Source: Eledone cirrhosa (lineage: Eukaryota). From it: a DNA stretch of 64,000 bases. The DNA lies in assembly GCA_964016885.1 (NCBI GenBank), contig OZ024741.1, forward strand, positions 362,142,001-362,206,000. The letters run 5' to 3'. This document shows positions 37,492 through 50,367 of the stretch, piece by piece (the stretch's first letter is position 1; every line of letters starts with the position of its first letter). The notes beneath the pieces were generated by a model. That model was not told where the DNA came from. It worked only from the letters and a program-made list of their open reading frames with translations, and ran no database searches. The position numbers and the translations under genes were made by a program.

Positions 37492-37799
37492 GTTTGTTGT
37501 ATGTTGTTGATAGTGCTGATAAAAACAGAATGGCAGAGAGTCGTTATGAACTGAATGCAGTTTTACGACAGAAAGAAATGGAAAATGTTCCCGTTATAAT
37601 TTTAGCCAACAAACAAGATTTACCAAATGCTTTGTCTTTATCAGAGATAACAGATAATTTAAACCTAAGTAAACTAGAAGATCGCCGATGGCATATCCAG
37701 TCAACCTGTGCTACAACTGGGGAAGGCATACTAGAAACTATGGAGAAATTAAAATCTATGGTAAAGAAATACCACAGACACAAATCAAGGCATTCTTGA
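37492..37799 (+). CDS. ARF-family small GTPase, coding exon 3 (LLYVVDSAD...NKQD...TCAT...stop)
   Basis: tacag acceptor, G4 NKQD and G5 CAT motifs, TGA at 37797-37799; 85+174+308 = 567 nt = 188 aa + stop. Confidence 0.95.
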
Positions 37800-40374
37800 A
37801 AAAATATTAACTCTGCTCTAAAGCGCAAACCTATGGTTTCTATTAATAGTAGGAGGTCTTTTACAGACAAATAAAGTTCCCAGTTCTAACTCTGGCCAAC
37901 TGGTATAATTTCAAAGACCACAAAATTCTTTGAGATGATTCCAGTTTCATGCAATTCTGAATGCATGAAATTACTACAAAGATACCAGTGGCATCTTTAG
38001 ACTCTTCGAGACTAATGTTACACTTTTCAATGTTTTTTAAACAAAGTTTGCTGGGGCTTTGAAATTGTTTGCATGCTCTTGTCAAAACAACATTGCAAAG
38101 CATTATGTCCAGAAATGACTGCTGTTTTGTATCCAAGACCTGAAACAATTTCTAGTTCCAAAAGTTAATCATAGAATATATTTAAGTTATGTACTTGTAC
38201 TAATCCAAAATCCAGCATGTTTCCCCAATCAAGCCATCTGTATAGTCAACATAATAACTTCTAAAATAACTCTTATCTCTTTTTCACATTAACACCTACA
38301 AAGGTGGTGGATTGACAGAATCATTAGTGCATTTGACAAAATACCTTGCAGTATTTACCTCAACTCTTTATGTTCTGAGTTTGAATCCCACCACAGTCAA
38401 GTTTGCCTTTTATCCTTTCAGAGTCAATAAAATAAAGTACCAGTAAAGTACTGGGTTCAAATTAATCGATTTTCCTCTTCCCCTAAATTTGCTGGCTTTG
38501 TGTCTAAATTAGAAACCAATACATCACTAGAAAAGTCGTCTTATTTAACACTATTTAGTCCATATGTACATGTAGCTGTATTGAGGGCTAGTGCCTGGGT
38601 ATTTAATACTCTAGGCTAGCCCTACAATGTGTACCTCCTTCTCCCAGTTAGTGTTCTGTTCTCCAAAATAAAATCATTTCAACTTTCAGTTTGCTAAGCT
38701 GACAAACCTAAGAAAAGTTCTAAGTTTTTATTTTCTACTGCACAGTTTACATTTAGCCATGTCAAATTGAGTGACAGGTCATAACAGCATATGATTCTCT
38801 CCACCAAATCAGTTATTTCCATAATACTATTATGTGGTAGAGATGTTTAATAATTATTATATATATAATTTAATTATACAAATTTGTATAAAGCTGTGAT
38901 CCTTTAAGGTTAAGTAGTGTGCCTCTCTTGGGTCCTATGCCCTGTTTACTAGAGAAATAGCTTCAAGCCAGAATATGAAATATCAAATGCAGTGAAACTA
39001 TTTTTGAAGGTCTCTTTTTTTTTGTTCATATTTAGTTGTCATGCACGTGTGAGAACATGTGTGTGCTTTTGTATGTGCATGTTTATGTGTGTGAACATGT
39101 ATGTATTTATGTGTATGTTTATGGCATGGCCAAATGGTTAAGAAGCTCACTCCACAATTTTGAGGTCCTAGGTTCAATTCCACTGTGGCATCGCAGGCAA
39201 GTGTCATTTACCATAGCCTTGTGTTGACCCAAGCCTTGTGTGTGAAATGCATAGATGGAAACTGTTTGGAAACCCATTGAATGAACTGTACTTGTAATTC
39301 AGAGGGCGATCTTTGTCACAAAGTGTGTCACACTGAATTTCTCTGAGAGTAATGTTAAAGGTACACATATCTGTGAAATGCTCACCCACTTATATATTAA
39401 TTTAATGAGCAGGCATTGATTGAACAAATGGAACACTTATCACCCAAACTGCTGGATGTCCATTCCATCCCACTGTTTATGAGTGGGAATATATGTGCTA
39501 GTTTGTTTTTTTTTCTTTTCTTTTCTATTTAAAAAAATCCTATTTAGGTAAATTGTTGAATAAAAAAAAAATGGAATAAACATATCTTTTTTGTTCTTAA
39601 ATCTAACCACGTGTCTTTTATTATGTTGTTGAGTAATGATGGTGAACCTATGATATGTGTCAGTAGTGATATAACAATGGACTTTGAAAATGTCATTAAA
39701 TTTAAGGTAACTTCTTTTTTAACCCTTTAGCATTTAAACTGGCCATATCTGGCCAGAATTCTCTCATACTGCAAAGTGGTGATGGAGGTGACACGGCAAA
39801 AAAGCACCCAGCCCAAACTGCAAAGTGGACGTGTAGGCGCCACGGCAAAAAAGCACCCAGCACTCACTGAAAATGAGGTTGGTGTCAGGAAGGGCATCCA
39901 GCTGTAGAAATCAAGCCAGCATCAGTTCCCGTCCCACCCTTGCAAGCAGGGAAAAGCGGACGTAAAATGATGATGATGATGATGATATATTTCAAAATTG
40001 GAAAATTCGGCTTTGTACATTATATATATAATGTTTACATGCCAATACAAGAGCAAGAATGATGGGGTCATTCTACCGACATGGCTTAAAAAGAGGCTGT
40101 TTCATAAATGAAAATGAATTGAATATTATTATCAATATTAAAAGCCTTATAGAGCAATAAACTATTGGTTATATAGGGAAAGAGTCGGGACCCCAATGGT
40201 TGAGCTCTGGTCGTTTTGACAGCTATCTCTCAACTGTGTTCAGAGATAACTGTCAAAATGCCCGGAGCTCGGCTGTCGAGGTCCTGACTCTTTCCCTATT
40301 CCCCACTCTACTACCCATAGTATCAAGTACTGTGGTGCATTATGGTCCACCTAGTTCCTTACCACACTTTCTTC

Positions 40375-41933
40375 ATTATATATATATATATATTATATAT
40401 ATTATATATATATTATATATATATATTATATATATTATATATATATTATATATATATATTATATATATATATATTATATATATATTATATATATATATTA
40501 TATATATATATATTATATATATATATTATATATTATATTATATATATATATTATATATATATATTATATATATATTATATATATATATATTATATATATA
40601 TTATATATATGGATTGGCAGTATCGGTAGAGGGTCGGACGCCATGCTTCCCAGCATAGTTACGTCCCTTTACGATCTGAGTTCAAATCCCGCCGAGGTTG
40701 ACTTTGCCTTTCATCCTTACGGGGTCGATAAAATAAAGTACCAGTAATGCACTGGATAATTGCTGGCCTTGTGCCTAAAGTAGAAACAATTATATATATA
40801 TATATTATATTTATATATATTATATTTATATATATTATATTTATATATATTATATTTATATATATTATATTTATATATATTATATTTATATATATTATAT
40901 ATATATATTATATTTATATATATTATATTTATATATATTATATTTATATATATTATATTTATATATATTATATATATATATTATATTTATATATATTATA
41001 TATATATATTATATTTATATATATTATATATATATATTATATTTATATATATTATATTTATATATATTATATATATATATTATATATATATTATATATAT
41101 ATATTATATATATATTATATATTATATATATATATTATATATATATATATATATTATATTTATATATATTATATATATATATTATATATATATATTATAT
41201 TATATTATATATATATATTATATATATATATTATATATATATATTATATATATATATTATATATATATATTATATATATATATTATATATATATATTATA
41301 TATATATATAATATATATATATATATAATATATATATATATATATTATATATATATATATATTATATATATATATATATTATATATATTATATATATATA
41401 TATATTATATATATATATATATTATATATATATATATATTATATATATATATTATATTTATATATATATATATATTATATATTATATTTATATATATATA
41501 TATATTATATATATATATTATATATTTATATATATATATATTATATATTTATATATATATATATATTATATATATATATTATATATATATATTATATATA
41601 TATATTATATATATATATTATATATATATATTATATATATATATTATATATATATATTATATATATTATATATTATATTTATATATATTATATATTATAT
41701 TTATATATATTATATATATTATATATTATATTTATATATATTATATTTATATATATTATATATTATATTTATATATATTATATATATATATTATATATTA
41801 TATTTATATATATTATATATATATATTATATATTATATTTATATATATTATATATATATATATATATATTATATTTATATATATTATATATATATATATA
41901 TTATATATATATATATATTATATTTATATATAT

Positions 41934-41964
<31 letters not shown>

Positions 41965-41965
41965 G
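40375..41965. repeat. ~1.6-kb degenerate AT-only microsatellite, with a SINE at ~40610-40790
   Basis: Direct reading. Confidence 0.98.
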
Positions 41966-43134
41966 AGAGAGATGTTGTCATTCAAGTATGGATGCAGTTT
42001 GGTTGAAAGGTTAAGAAGTTCCCTTCATAATCACAAAGGCTTGGGCTTCATCTCACTGTGTGGTGTCTTGATCAAAATATCTTTTACCAGAGCTTCAGCT
42101 CAGCACAAGTTATGTGAGTGTAATTAAGTACCAGTTGCTATCATCATCATCAACCCTATTGTTATGATTCTGATTGTCATCGTTATCATCATTGCCATTA
42201 TAATCATTGCCATTATCAACACCATTATCATCATCATCACCATTATCAACAATATTTAACATCTATTTTCTATGCTCACATGTGTTAGATGGGTTGTCAC
42301 ATTCTGAGGCTTGACAGGTCAAGTGGCCATGTCTTACCCCTAAATTGCGTTTTCGGGATGGTTTCTATGGGTGGATGCCCTTTCTAGCACCAACCACTTT
42401 TATAGCATATACTAGGTGCATTTTATTGTGTCACCAACACTACCACATAACAGATTGCGACACCAACACTACCACTTTACAGTATGGACTGGAGTTATAA
42501 TGCTACTAATATATAAATATATCTGGCATTAGGAAGTGCATCCAACCAGAAACAGTCGAATATGAGCGAGACACAGTCACCTGACCCAACTTGCCTCTAA
42601 TAGGACAAACCTGTTTAACCCAGGCTAGCATGGAAAATAGACATTAAATGATGATGATGATGATCTATGAAAGCTGCAAAGAAAAACCTGTTTGCATACC
42701 TTTGTAGCTGAATGTTATTTAGAATGAAATATCTTTATTAAAGAAAGAGAACTTGTTTTAGAGAAATGTTTGTCACAGTTGTTTCACTTGACTTCTTTCT
42801 GTGATCATAGTTCTACTTGACCTAATTATTTTCTTATTTTGCTTTCTTTATGACATCTTCTGCATATGCTTTAAATATTAAAGAGGTGTTGTACGTAATT
42901 TCTACTATTCTCATTTTTTTCTCAGTGTGGTATATTTATGTTGTTGAATGTGATAGTTGGATGTTTTTTTATGTTACTGGTAAAAAGAGAGATAGCATAT
43001 TTGGTAGATGTAACATTTAGTTTATTTGTTTTGGAGCCAGGTTTTTAGGTGGTTGGTGTAGATCTGGAGCAGTTGTGCAGCTCTAGATAGGAAAAGGTAG
43101 AAAAATGTGACTGTAATATCATCTGTGTATGAAA

Positions 43135-43930
43135 TTTCTTCTTCTTCTTCTTTTCACTTATTCCTGAGAGGGGCAAATTCCTCAAACACTCATTCCAGTG
43201 GGTCCTGTCAAAAGCAACCATCTCCAATTGATCCGATGATATTCCCAAGCAAGACCAGCTAAGTTCATGGATGTTGTCCACATGCCCATAATATTGGAGC
43301 TGTAATCTCTCAATTCAGAGAAGTAGCAGCTCTACCTGAAGTGACTCTCTGATCTCTGCACTATGCACTCTACTGAGTAACATTACTCCAAAAACCCATT
43401 GGAGGAACACCATTTCAGCTGCTTGTATTTGTGATCATATTCTTTTGGTCATTACCCAACATTCATGACCATAGAGAAGGGTTGGCATGAATACTGAATT
43501 GAAGATGGCGCGTTTGGCTTTTACACCTACCTCAGTACTTGTGATTATGGAATGCTGCAACTGGTGCATTACTGTGCCAGCTCCTGCAATTCTTGCACTT
43601 AATTCAGCCTCCTGCCTTCTATTACTTGAGAATGCAGCCCCATTATACCTGAAATTCTCAACCTGCTTCAGTGAAACTCCACTCACACGTAGATTGCAAT
43701 GTGCAAGCTTCCTTGAGAGGAGAAGTGTCTTAGTCTTCACAGCACTGATTTTCATTCCAGCCATGGAGTACTCAGCATAAAACCTATCAAGTGCCTGTCA
43801 GAGATCAACTCCTGAAGAGTTAAATAATACCAGGTTTTCTGCAAATTCCAGCCGACTGTTCTTACACCTGCCAGTCGTAATACTACTTCCAACCTGGCTG
43901 CGCATGTCACTCCACTGTTTGAAACAGTTC
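43135..43930 (-). mobile_element. RTE-clade LINE 3' fragment with a (GAA)n tail
   Basis: GMKISAVKTK...QVENFRY...PTLLYGHECW motifs; ttcttcttc tail. Confidence 0.8.
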
Positions 43931-45928
43931 ATATATTTATGGAGGTATTTTAAAGTATTTATATTTATCTAAAAACCTTTCATTATCATTTTATATAAGA
44001 ACTTTTGTTATGTTCAAAGAACCAGCTTAATAATGAGAAAGTTAGTTATATTACTAAGTCTATCCAAATTCTTGATTATTTTCAAAAACCTAAACAGTGT
44101 CTTTCATATTAGAAATATGGTAACAAAAAGGTTAAAAAACATGATTTACAAGCAGGATATCAACCAGCTACTTAAAGTTAGGTTGTGCAAAGCTCTTAAT
44201 TTCTTAATCACACCCAACAGCTCAGAAACAAGAACATTAAAATGTGAATTTACAGGCAGTTTAGAAGTTTTTGAAATGCAACATTTACAGTCTATACTTG
44301 GGATATCTCTGCAAGTGCAGAGATAAATCCGTAAAAATATCTCTTCACATAAAATACAATATTACTGAGGAAGAGACTAAAATGGTTGAGTCATGTAGTA
44401 AAAAGGTCACCCCAAGATTTCCCAAACCCCAGATTACACAATAGACTGCCTAACATGTGGATCTCTTAGACAGTAGATGGTAGAACATCCAATTGAAGAG
44501 AGTAACAGTGACCCAGCTGGTAGGAAAGAATAAGGGTCAGGAAAAGACTGAGAGCCAAAAACTATGAAGAAAAATTATCTTTAGAAAAGATAAAAAGAAG
44601 GGAAAATAATTTCATCATTATTATTTTATTATATTTTGTAGATAATTTATTTGATTAATTTTATTTTGATTTACATTTTATTTTATTTTGCTATACTTAA
44701 TTATTTATATTGAATGTTATTTGTTATTATTTTTTTTTTAAACAAAAGGAACATCCTGTATGACAGTTTAAGTCAGGGATCAGCAATTTCCTTCTGATTT
44801 TCTTAGTTTTGCCCATAACCCACATGTATATTATATTACATAAATATTGAGAAGGTTCAGGACTCACAGGGAGCACCTCAATAATGCATTCATGGGCCCT
44901 GTTGCTGAACCCTGATTTAAGTGGTAGGTTTAACATTGTTATTTAACCTCCCCTCTTCCCACCTCACCATAACTGTACATAGTAATTTGACCTGTTAGAA
45001 ATAGTAGTTAAATTCTCCTTAAATTACACCTTCCCTTTTTAAATAATCTAATATTACATATCGCCCATGACTGGAACGTTTTTGATCATAGGTTTGGACT
45101 AAACATCAACATGAACAATAACAACAACACTTGGTCATTAGTTATTATTTAGTGCTGTAATATGTTGCAAGAATTTGTTCCCACGCTGTTATAACACATA
45201 TGTTACTCTACAGATGTTTAAGCTGGGTCTTAGCGACATTAATACCATCAATTTGGGTAGGCCTGTAAATACCATGATGCAGTCCCTTCTCTTCTGAAAC
45301 GTAATAAAAGTAACTTTACTTTTTGATTATCTTTTACTTTGTAAATGAGTTTCTGTTTCTTTCTATTATAGAAATATCACATTTAAATCACAAACAGTGA
45401 CGTAAAAAAATATTCTATCAAGAAAGTCAACTAACTTTTTAAAATATATTTTAAATGTTTTGCTTATAAGTTATATAAATACATACTCATAAATATTATT
45501 ATCTCAGAGCAGTATCGGTAGAGGGTCGGATGCCATGCTTTGAGGCATAGAGTTACGGCCCTTGCCATTCTGGTTCAAATCCCGCCGAGGTCAACTTTGC
45601 CTTTCATTCTTACGGAGTGGATAAAATAAAGTACCAGTAATGTACTGGATAATTGCTGGCCTTGTGCCAAAAGTAGAAACAATTATTATCTCTCGCCCTC
45701 TTTCTTTCTTTTTCTTACAACACACCCAAATATAATATAATTGTTTCTCTAAAGACTTGTTACAACTAATTACCTTTGAATTCAGAAGAAATTTCTATCA
45801 TCAACATTAACGTTTCAAGGGAAATAACTTTAATCGCTTTAAATGATTACCTCCCCTAAACGTTGATTGCGATACTTGAATAGACACAGGTTCAGCGGTC
45901 AATGTTTATCTATCTATCGGTTTTCCTC

Positions 45929-46390
45929 TGTATAGGGGCTATGGTGAAATAGATTATATGGTGGACGAGATTAAGGACAGATGCCTTTCTCTCCGGACAA
46001 CAACTCATTCCCTTCTTTAGATACCACTTTAGAAGGAGAATCAGAGTGGAGAGAGAGGCAGTAAATTTACTGAGAGGTGGGTAAATGTGGCAAAAATGGC
46101 CCGAGTGATTGAGCCTTCTCTGTATATAAACCTGTAGATTGAAGAAGAGAGCGAAAGGAAGAAAGGAGCACTTACACAACACGCTCCTGAAGTTGAGGGT
46201 TATTCTATCGACGGGGTATTAAACAACCCATTTGTGGCTCCTCCCCCTTATTGGGGATTTCGATTGTTATATTTGTTTGTTTCATATTTTTACAGGATTG
46301 TATGTAAAATCCCCGGCATGTCTTTGTTTTGTCCCCTTTTCTTGTACGCCATTGTGGCTAATAAAGAAATATATCTATCTATCTATCTAT
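45929..46390 (+). repeat. ~450-bp interspersed element ending in AATAAAG + (TATC)n; a second copy (46502-46553 + 50758-51215) is split by the Gypsy insertion
   Basis: Direct similarity: gctatggtgaaa...ggtggacgagatt|aggacagatgcctttctctccggac...aataaagaaatatatctatc. Confidence 0.85.
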
Positions 46391-46839
46391 CGATCAGAAC
46401 AATTGCTGTCGCGTATGGGATAAATCCAGTTGACTGCCGAGTTCATAGTAAGGATCAAACCGCCAACTTCTTTCAAAAATGAAAGAGAGGCGGTGTTCCT
46501 CTGTAGAGTGGCTATGGTGAAAGAGGTTATATGGTGGACGAGATTGAGAGGACTGTGGTTAGAAAAAGCTATCTCACTTACCGCTTTTCATAGGCGCCGC
46601 TAAATCCCATGGCTGGTTTCTCTTCTTCCACGTGCGTCCAACTCATTAACACCCGGGAGCTGCCAAACTCGCGTCCACACCGTTCCTGGTCACCACTAGA
46701 GAGAGACCGATCTGCTGGCCCTTCCGGTCGAGCACCCTTCCGGCCAAGCACCCTTCCGGTCAAGCACTCTTCCGGTCGAGCACTCCCCAGCTTCCGGCCA
46801 CCGCACACCACACCATACCCACACGCCCCCCTGATCTCA

Positions 46840-49600
46840 AGGATCAATTTCCCCCTCGTCCTTCTGCATATGAAAGTCTGCTGTCCAGGTTGGTGGTTTG
46901 CGACTTCTTTGCGATCTCCGCAGTGTTGGGGCGGCACTTTTGGTTTCCTCTTCCTCGGAGTCCGTTGACACAGTGATTCTACGGACATCCAGGACATGAC
47001 GTGGTACTCCGTCCACGGACACATTGTTCTGGGAATTTACGGCCGTCACCGTTCCCCTTCCCCATTGAGATGTGCAACGTACATCTGGGGGCTTAACCCA
47101 GACTTCTTCGCCCACCTGCACGAATGCATTCTCTCTCCCCACTGGCCGTTGTGGTGGGTGCACGGGTGCCGCCACTCGTATCTGAATACTGCTCTGTGTG
47201 GCACCGATTCCTCAACCTGTACCACCCGAGGGGACATGTTGTACCAGAACACTGCCTCCATTGGTGAGATATGGCCCCGCTCCGCCATTGCCTTGATCGT
47301 CCGGTGGTCTCGCTCCACAATTCCATTTCCGCTCGGCCTGTGCGCTGCTCTGAAGAAACGGTCCACCTTCCATCCATCGAGCATCTCCCTCAGCGCCTCC
47401 GAGCAGAACGCTGCGCTGTTGTCCATCAGCAGTTCGTCCACAGGGCCCCGCTCCAAGAACACCTCTCTCAACGTCCGTATGATTTCCTCAGCCGTTCCAG
47501 TCTTCATCTCCCTCCATATCGCCATCCGTCCTGGTCCACAGTCGACCATCGAGAGGTACGTTTCCTGTCGGTAGTGCGTTACATCCACCGCCAATCGCTT
47601 CCAGTCACGATCCACCGGGAGGCTTCCAGTTTCGTGCACACGCGGGGCTGGATCAATGGACTGACATCGGACGCAGCATCTAACCACCCTTTGAACACTG
47701 TCTGTTAACGTCCGAGTCGATTCTCCTGGCTAGGAGCAGGGTCCTATCCACTCCCATGTGGGGCATGTCAAGCAACCCTTTCAGATCCGACTCGGTCAAT
47801 CGACACACAGCAGCTATCCCCTCTTCTGTCCTCCGGCGCTTCCATCCAGGCTTTCTTCACCCTGGTTAAGACGTCCGCCCTATTTTTCTCTGGGGGCACG
47901 AAGACTACAACAACTTCAGGCCGAACTCGGTGGTCAGCTCTCCTAGAGTTCACAGGCGGCGCTTTATCAGCATCTCCGCCGCCCCTCTCGTTCGCACTCT
48001 CTTCTCACTGGTAAGCACTAATCTCACCCATCCGAGTACAATAGCCGAGTCGGTGCGTATCTCGATGGTGCGCAGTCCCCACCTCAGGGCGAGGTTCACC
48101 CCTCTCAACACCGCGTCCACATTGGCCACATTGATGTGGTTGCAGTCGTCCTTCTTCCTAAGCCAGGCTGCATCCTCGACCTCAACACCTCCTATCTCCA
48201 ACGTGACACCCAGCGCTATGCTGCTGGCATCGCAGCATACGGTCCCGCTCTGTGATTTGGGAACATACCAGCGTTCCCGCACTGGGTCGTCGGCCTTCAC
48301 CCTCTCCACGATCTCCTGCATCATGGCCACCGTCCTCTCTCACACTCTGTCACTCCAAGTCACCCCTCCCGCTCGTCTCTTGACATAGCTGCATGCCGTC
48401 CGGAGCCACCAAGCAATCGGGTAGTGACCCACCAACTTTCAACACACCGAGAAAAGCTCCCGCCTACTCATACTTGGGCCCAGTTCTGGAACTTCATTTC
48501 CCCTCTGGAATACTAACACGTCCGTCCTGTCTCGCCGTAGCCTAAGTCCCAGCGCGGCTCCTCCCTCCAACGCTTCTGAGGGCTTCGCAGCCATTCCATA
48601 CCCCTGTAATTGGCTCGTGACCTCCGCCGCCGACACTACAGACTCGTCCACTAGGATGTCATCAATGTAGGAATTAGTGGCCATCTTCATCTTCTCGGCC
48701 TTTCCCAGAATGGTCTTGAGGACCGCCGCCATGATCTTCGGTGCGGAGCTCAGCCCGAAACCGAGCCTGGACAAGCAATATGTCCGGCCCTTATACCTGA
48801 CCAGCTGATACTGCCAGAGCATCTCATCTATATGCAATTGCAAGTATGCCGACTTTAGATCTACGATTGCGGAACCCCCCATCATGCGTCTCCACTCACG
48901 CAGGGTTTCCCCACAGACATCCGTGACCTCGCCACCCGTGTGGCATGACACGTGCTCGTTCAGCTCCCGAAAGTCCAGTCCCGGCCTCACCTTGTTCTTC
49001 GTGGGTTGCGCCACCGCCATTAACGGCAATACTCCGCACTTCACCTCCTCTTTCCAGGGAAGCAGTATGCCCTCCTCAATCCATCTCTCTACCTCTCGCT
49101 CCTAATGTCTCCCTTCAATGTGTCTTGATAGCAGCCCACTTTGGTCTTCAGTGTTGGTGGTTCTCCCTTCCAGTACCACTCAACAACCCATCGCTGCCCA
49201 TCGAACACGGCCTTGAAGTCTTTGTCCTGCACAGTGTAAGCGGGGTATTTCTCCTCGTGGGCCTTCTGGTTCTCCTGTCGCGTACTCACAGCGCCGCCAA
49301 ACGACACACCGACGTTGTTCACTGTGACGCCTCCTAGACGGCCAATTGCGTCCATGCCCATAACCACGCCGATCCCATCCACCACGTTGTCAACTACAAT
49401 GGCAGAAAGCCTTATTTTCCTTCCCCGTACCGCCATCTCCACCTCGCTGCACTTCGGCATTCAATTTTCCTGCCGTCGACTGCCCTTACGCTGCTCTTCC
49501 CTCTCCACCTCTGCGCCACCCCCGCGGTCAACTGTGTCGTCGTACAGCCCGTGTCCACGAGGGCTCGCTGTGGCTTTCCCCTCACGAAGGCTTCCACCAC
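46840..49600 (-). pseudogene. Gypsy pol fragments: protease (ALVDTGC), RT (DLKSAYLQ, YIDD), RNase H (CDASS), integrase (CxxC, D..DN..E)
   Basis: ORFs 49412-49600, 48439-49044, 47950-48330 and 47046-47687, broken by frameshifts and stops. Confidence 0.9.
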
Positions 49601-49830
49601 CGGTAGCGCCTCTACTCGTAATGGGCAACTACCGGCGCAGTAGTTCCCCTTGGATCATTTCCCTGGTCGCAGTTAGTAGCAATGTGGCCTGGTCGCTTAC
49701 ACCGGTAGCATATTATTTCCGGCCTTGACTCTCTATAGTCTCTCGCCATGTGCGGGTCCTGGCACCTAAAACAGCTACCTCTAAACGTTCGCGGGTGACC
49801 GCGTGCCGTGATTGCCTCCCTTTCACCATT

Positions 49831-50367
49831 TCACTGCCAGCTGTCTTGAGCCTCTGTAGTTGCTATCGCCGCGACACTATTCTTGGCATCTTCTGCTATG
49901 ATACGGGCCTGCTCCACCAGTGAACGCATCTCCATTTCTTTGTAACCCGGGACTTGCTGCAGTTTCACCGCTATGTCGTCTGGAAATCCATTTATGAACA
50001 CCAACCGCACCGTGCGTTCGCATTCCACCCGATATCCAGCCAACATGGCCAATTGCCGTATTTCCGCTGCGAAAATGTCAACGCGTTCACCGTCCCTTCT
50101 AATTCTTGCCAGCTTAGCAAAAGCGGTTAACGGTCCCTCCGCGAACGCTTCCATCATGCGCCTCTCAATCTTTTGCGCATCACTTTGGCTGTGTTCATCC
50201 AACTCAAGGAAGAGTACCAACGCGTCCCCCTCGAGGTACAGTGCCATGAGGCCAGCCACATCTATCTTCTGTAAGCTTGCGACCAGCCGGACTTTTCGCA
50301 GCCAAGCAACATCACCTTCACCGGTAAATGCCCTAATCGCTTCGCTCGTTCGTAGTCTCGTCGCCAT
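49831..50367 (-). pseudogene. Gypsy gag-like ORF
   Basis: First ORF downstream of the 5' LTR, 178 aa, followed by a zinc-knuckle-like remnant. Confidence 0.7.

Noticed and set aside
40660-40700. tRNA gene
   Set aside because: The B-box belongs to a multi-copy SINE; no cloverleaf can be folded.
40200-41328. Ile/Tyr-rich ORFs (also near 79-900, 21977-22200, 52219-52487)
   Set aside because: Translations of (TA)n microsatellites.
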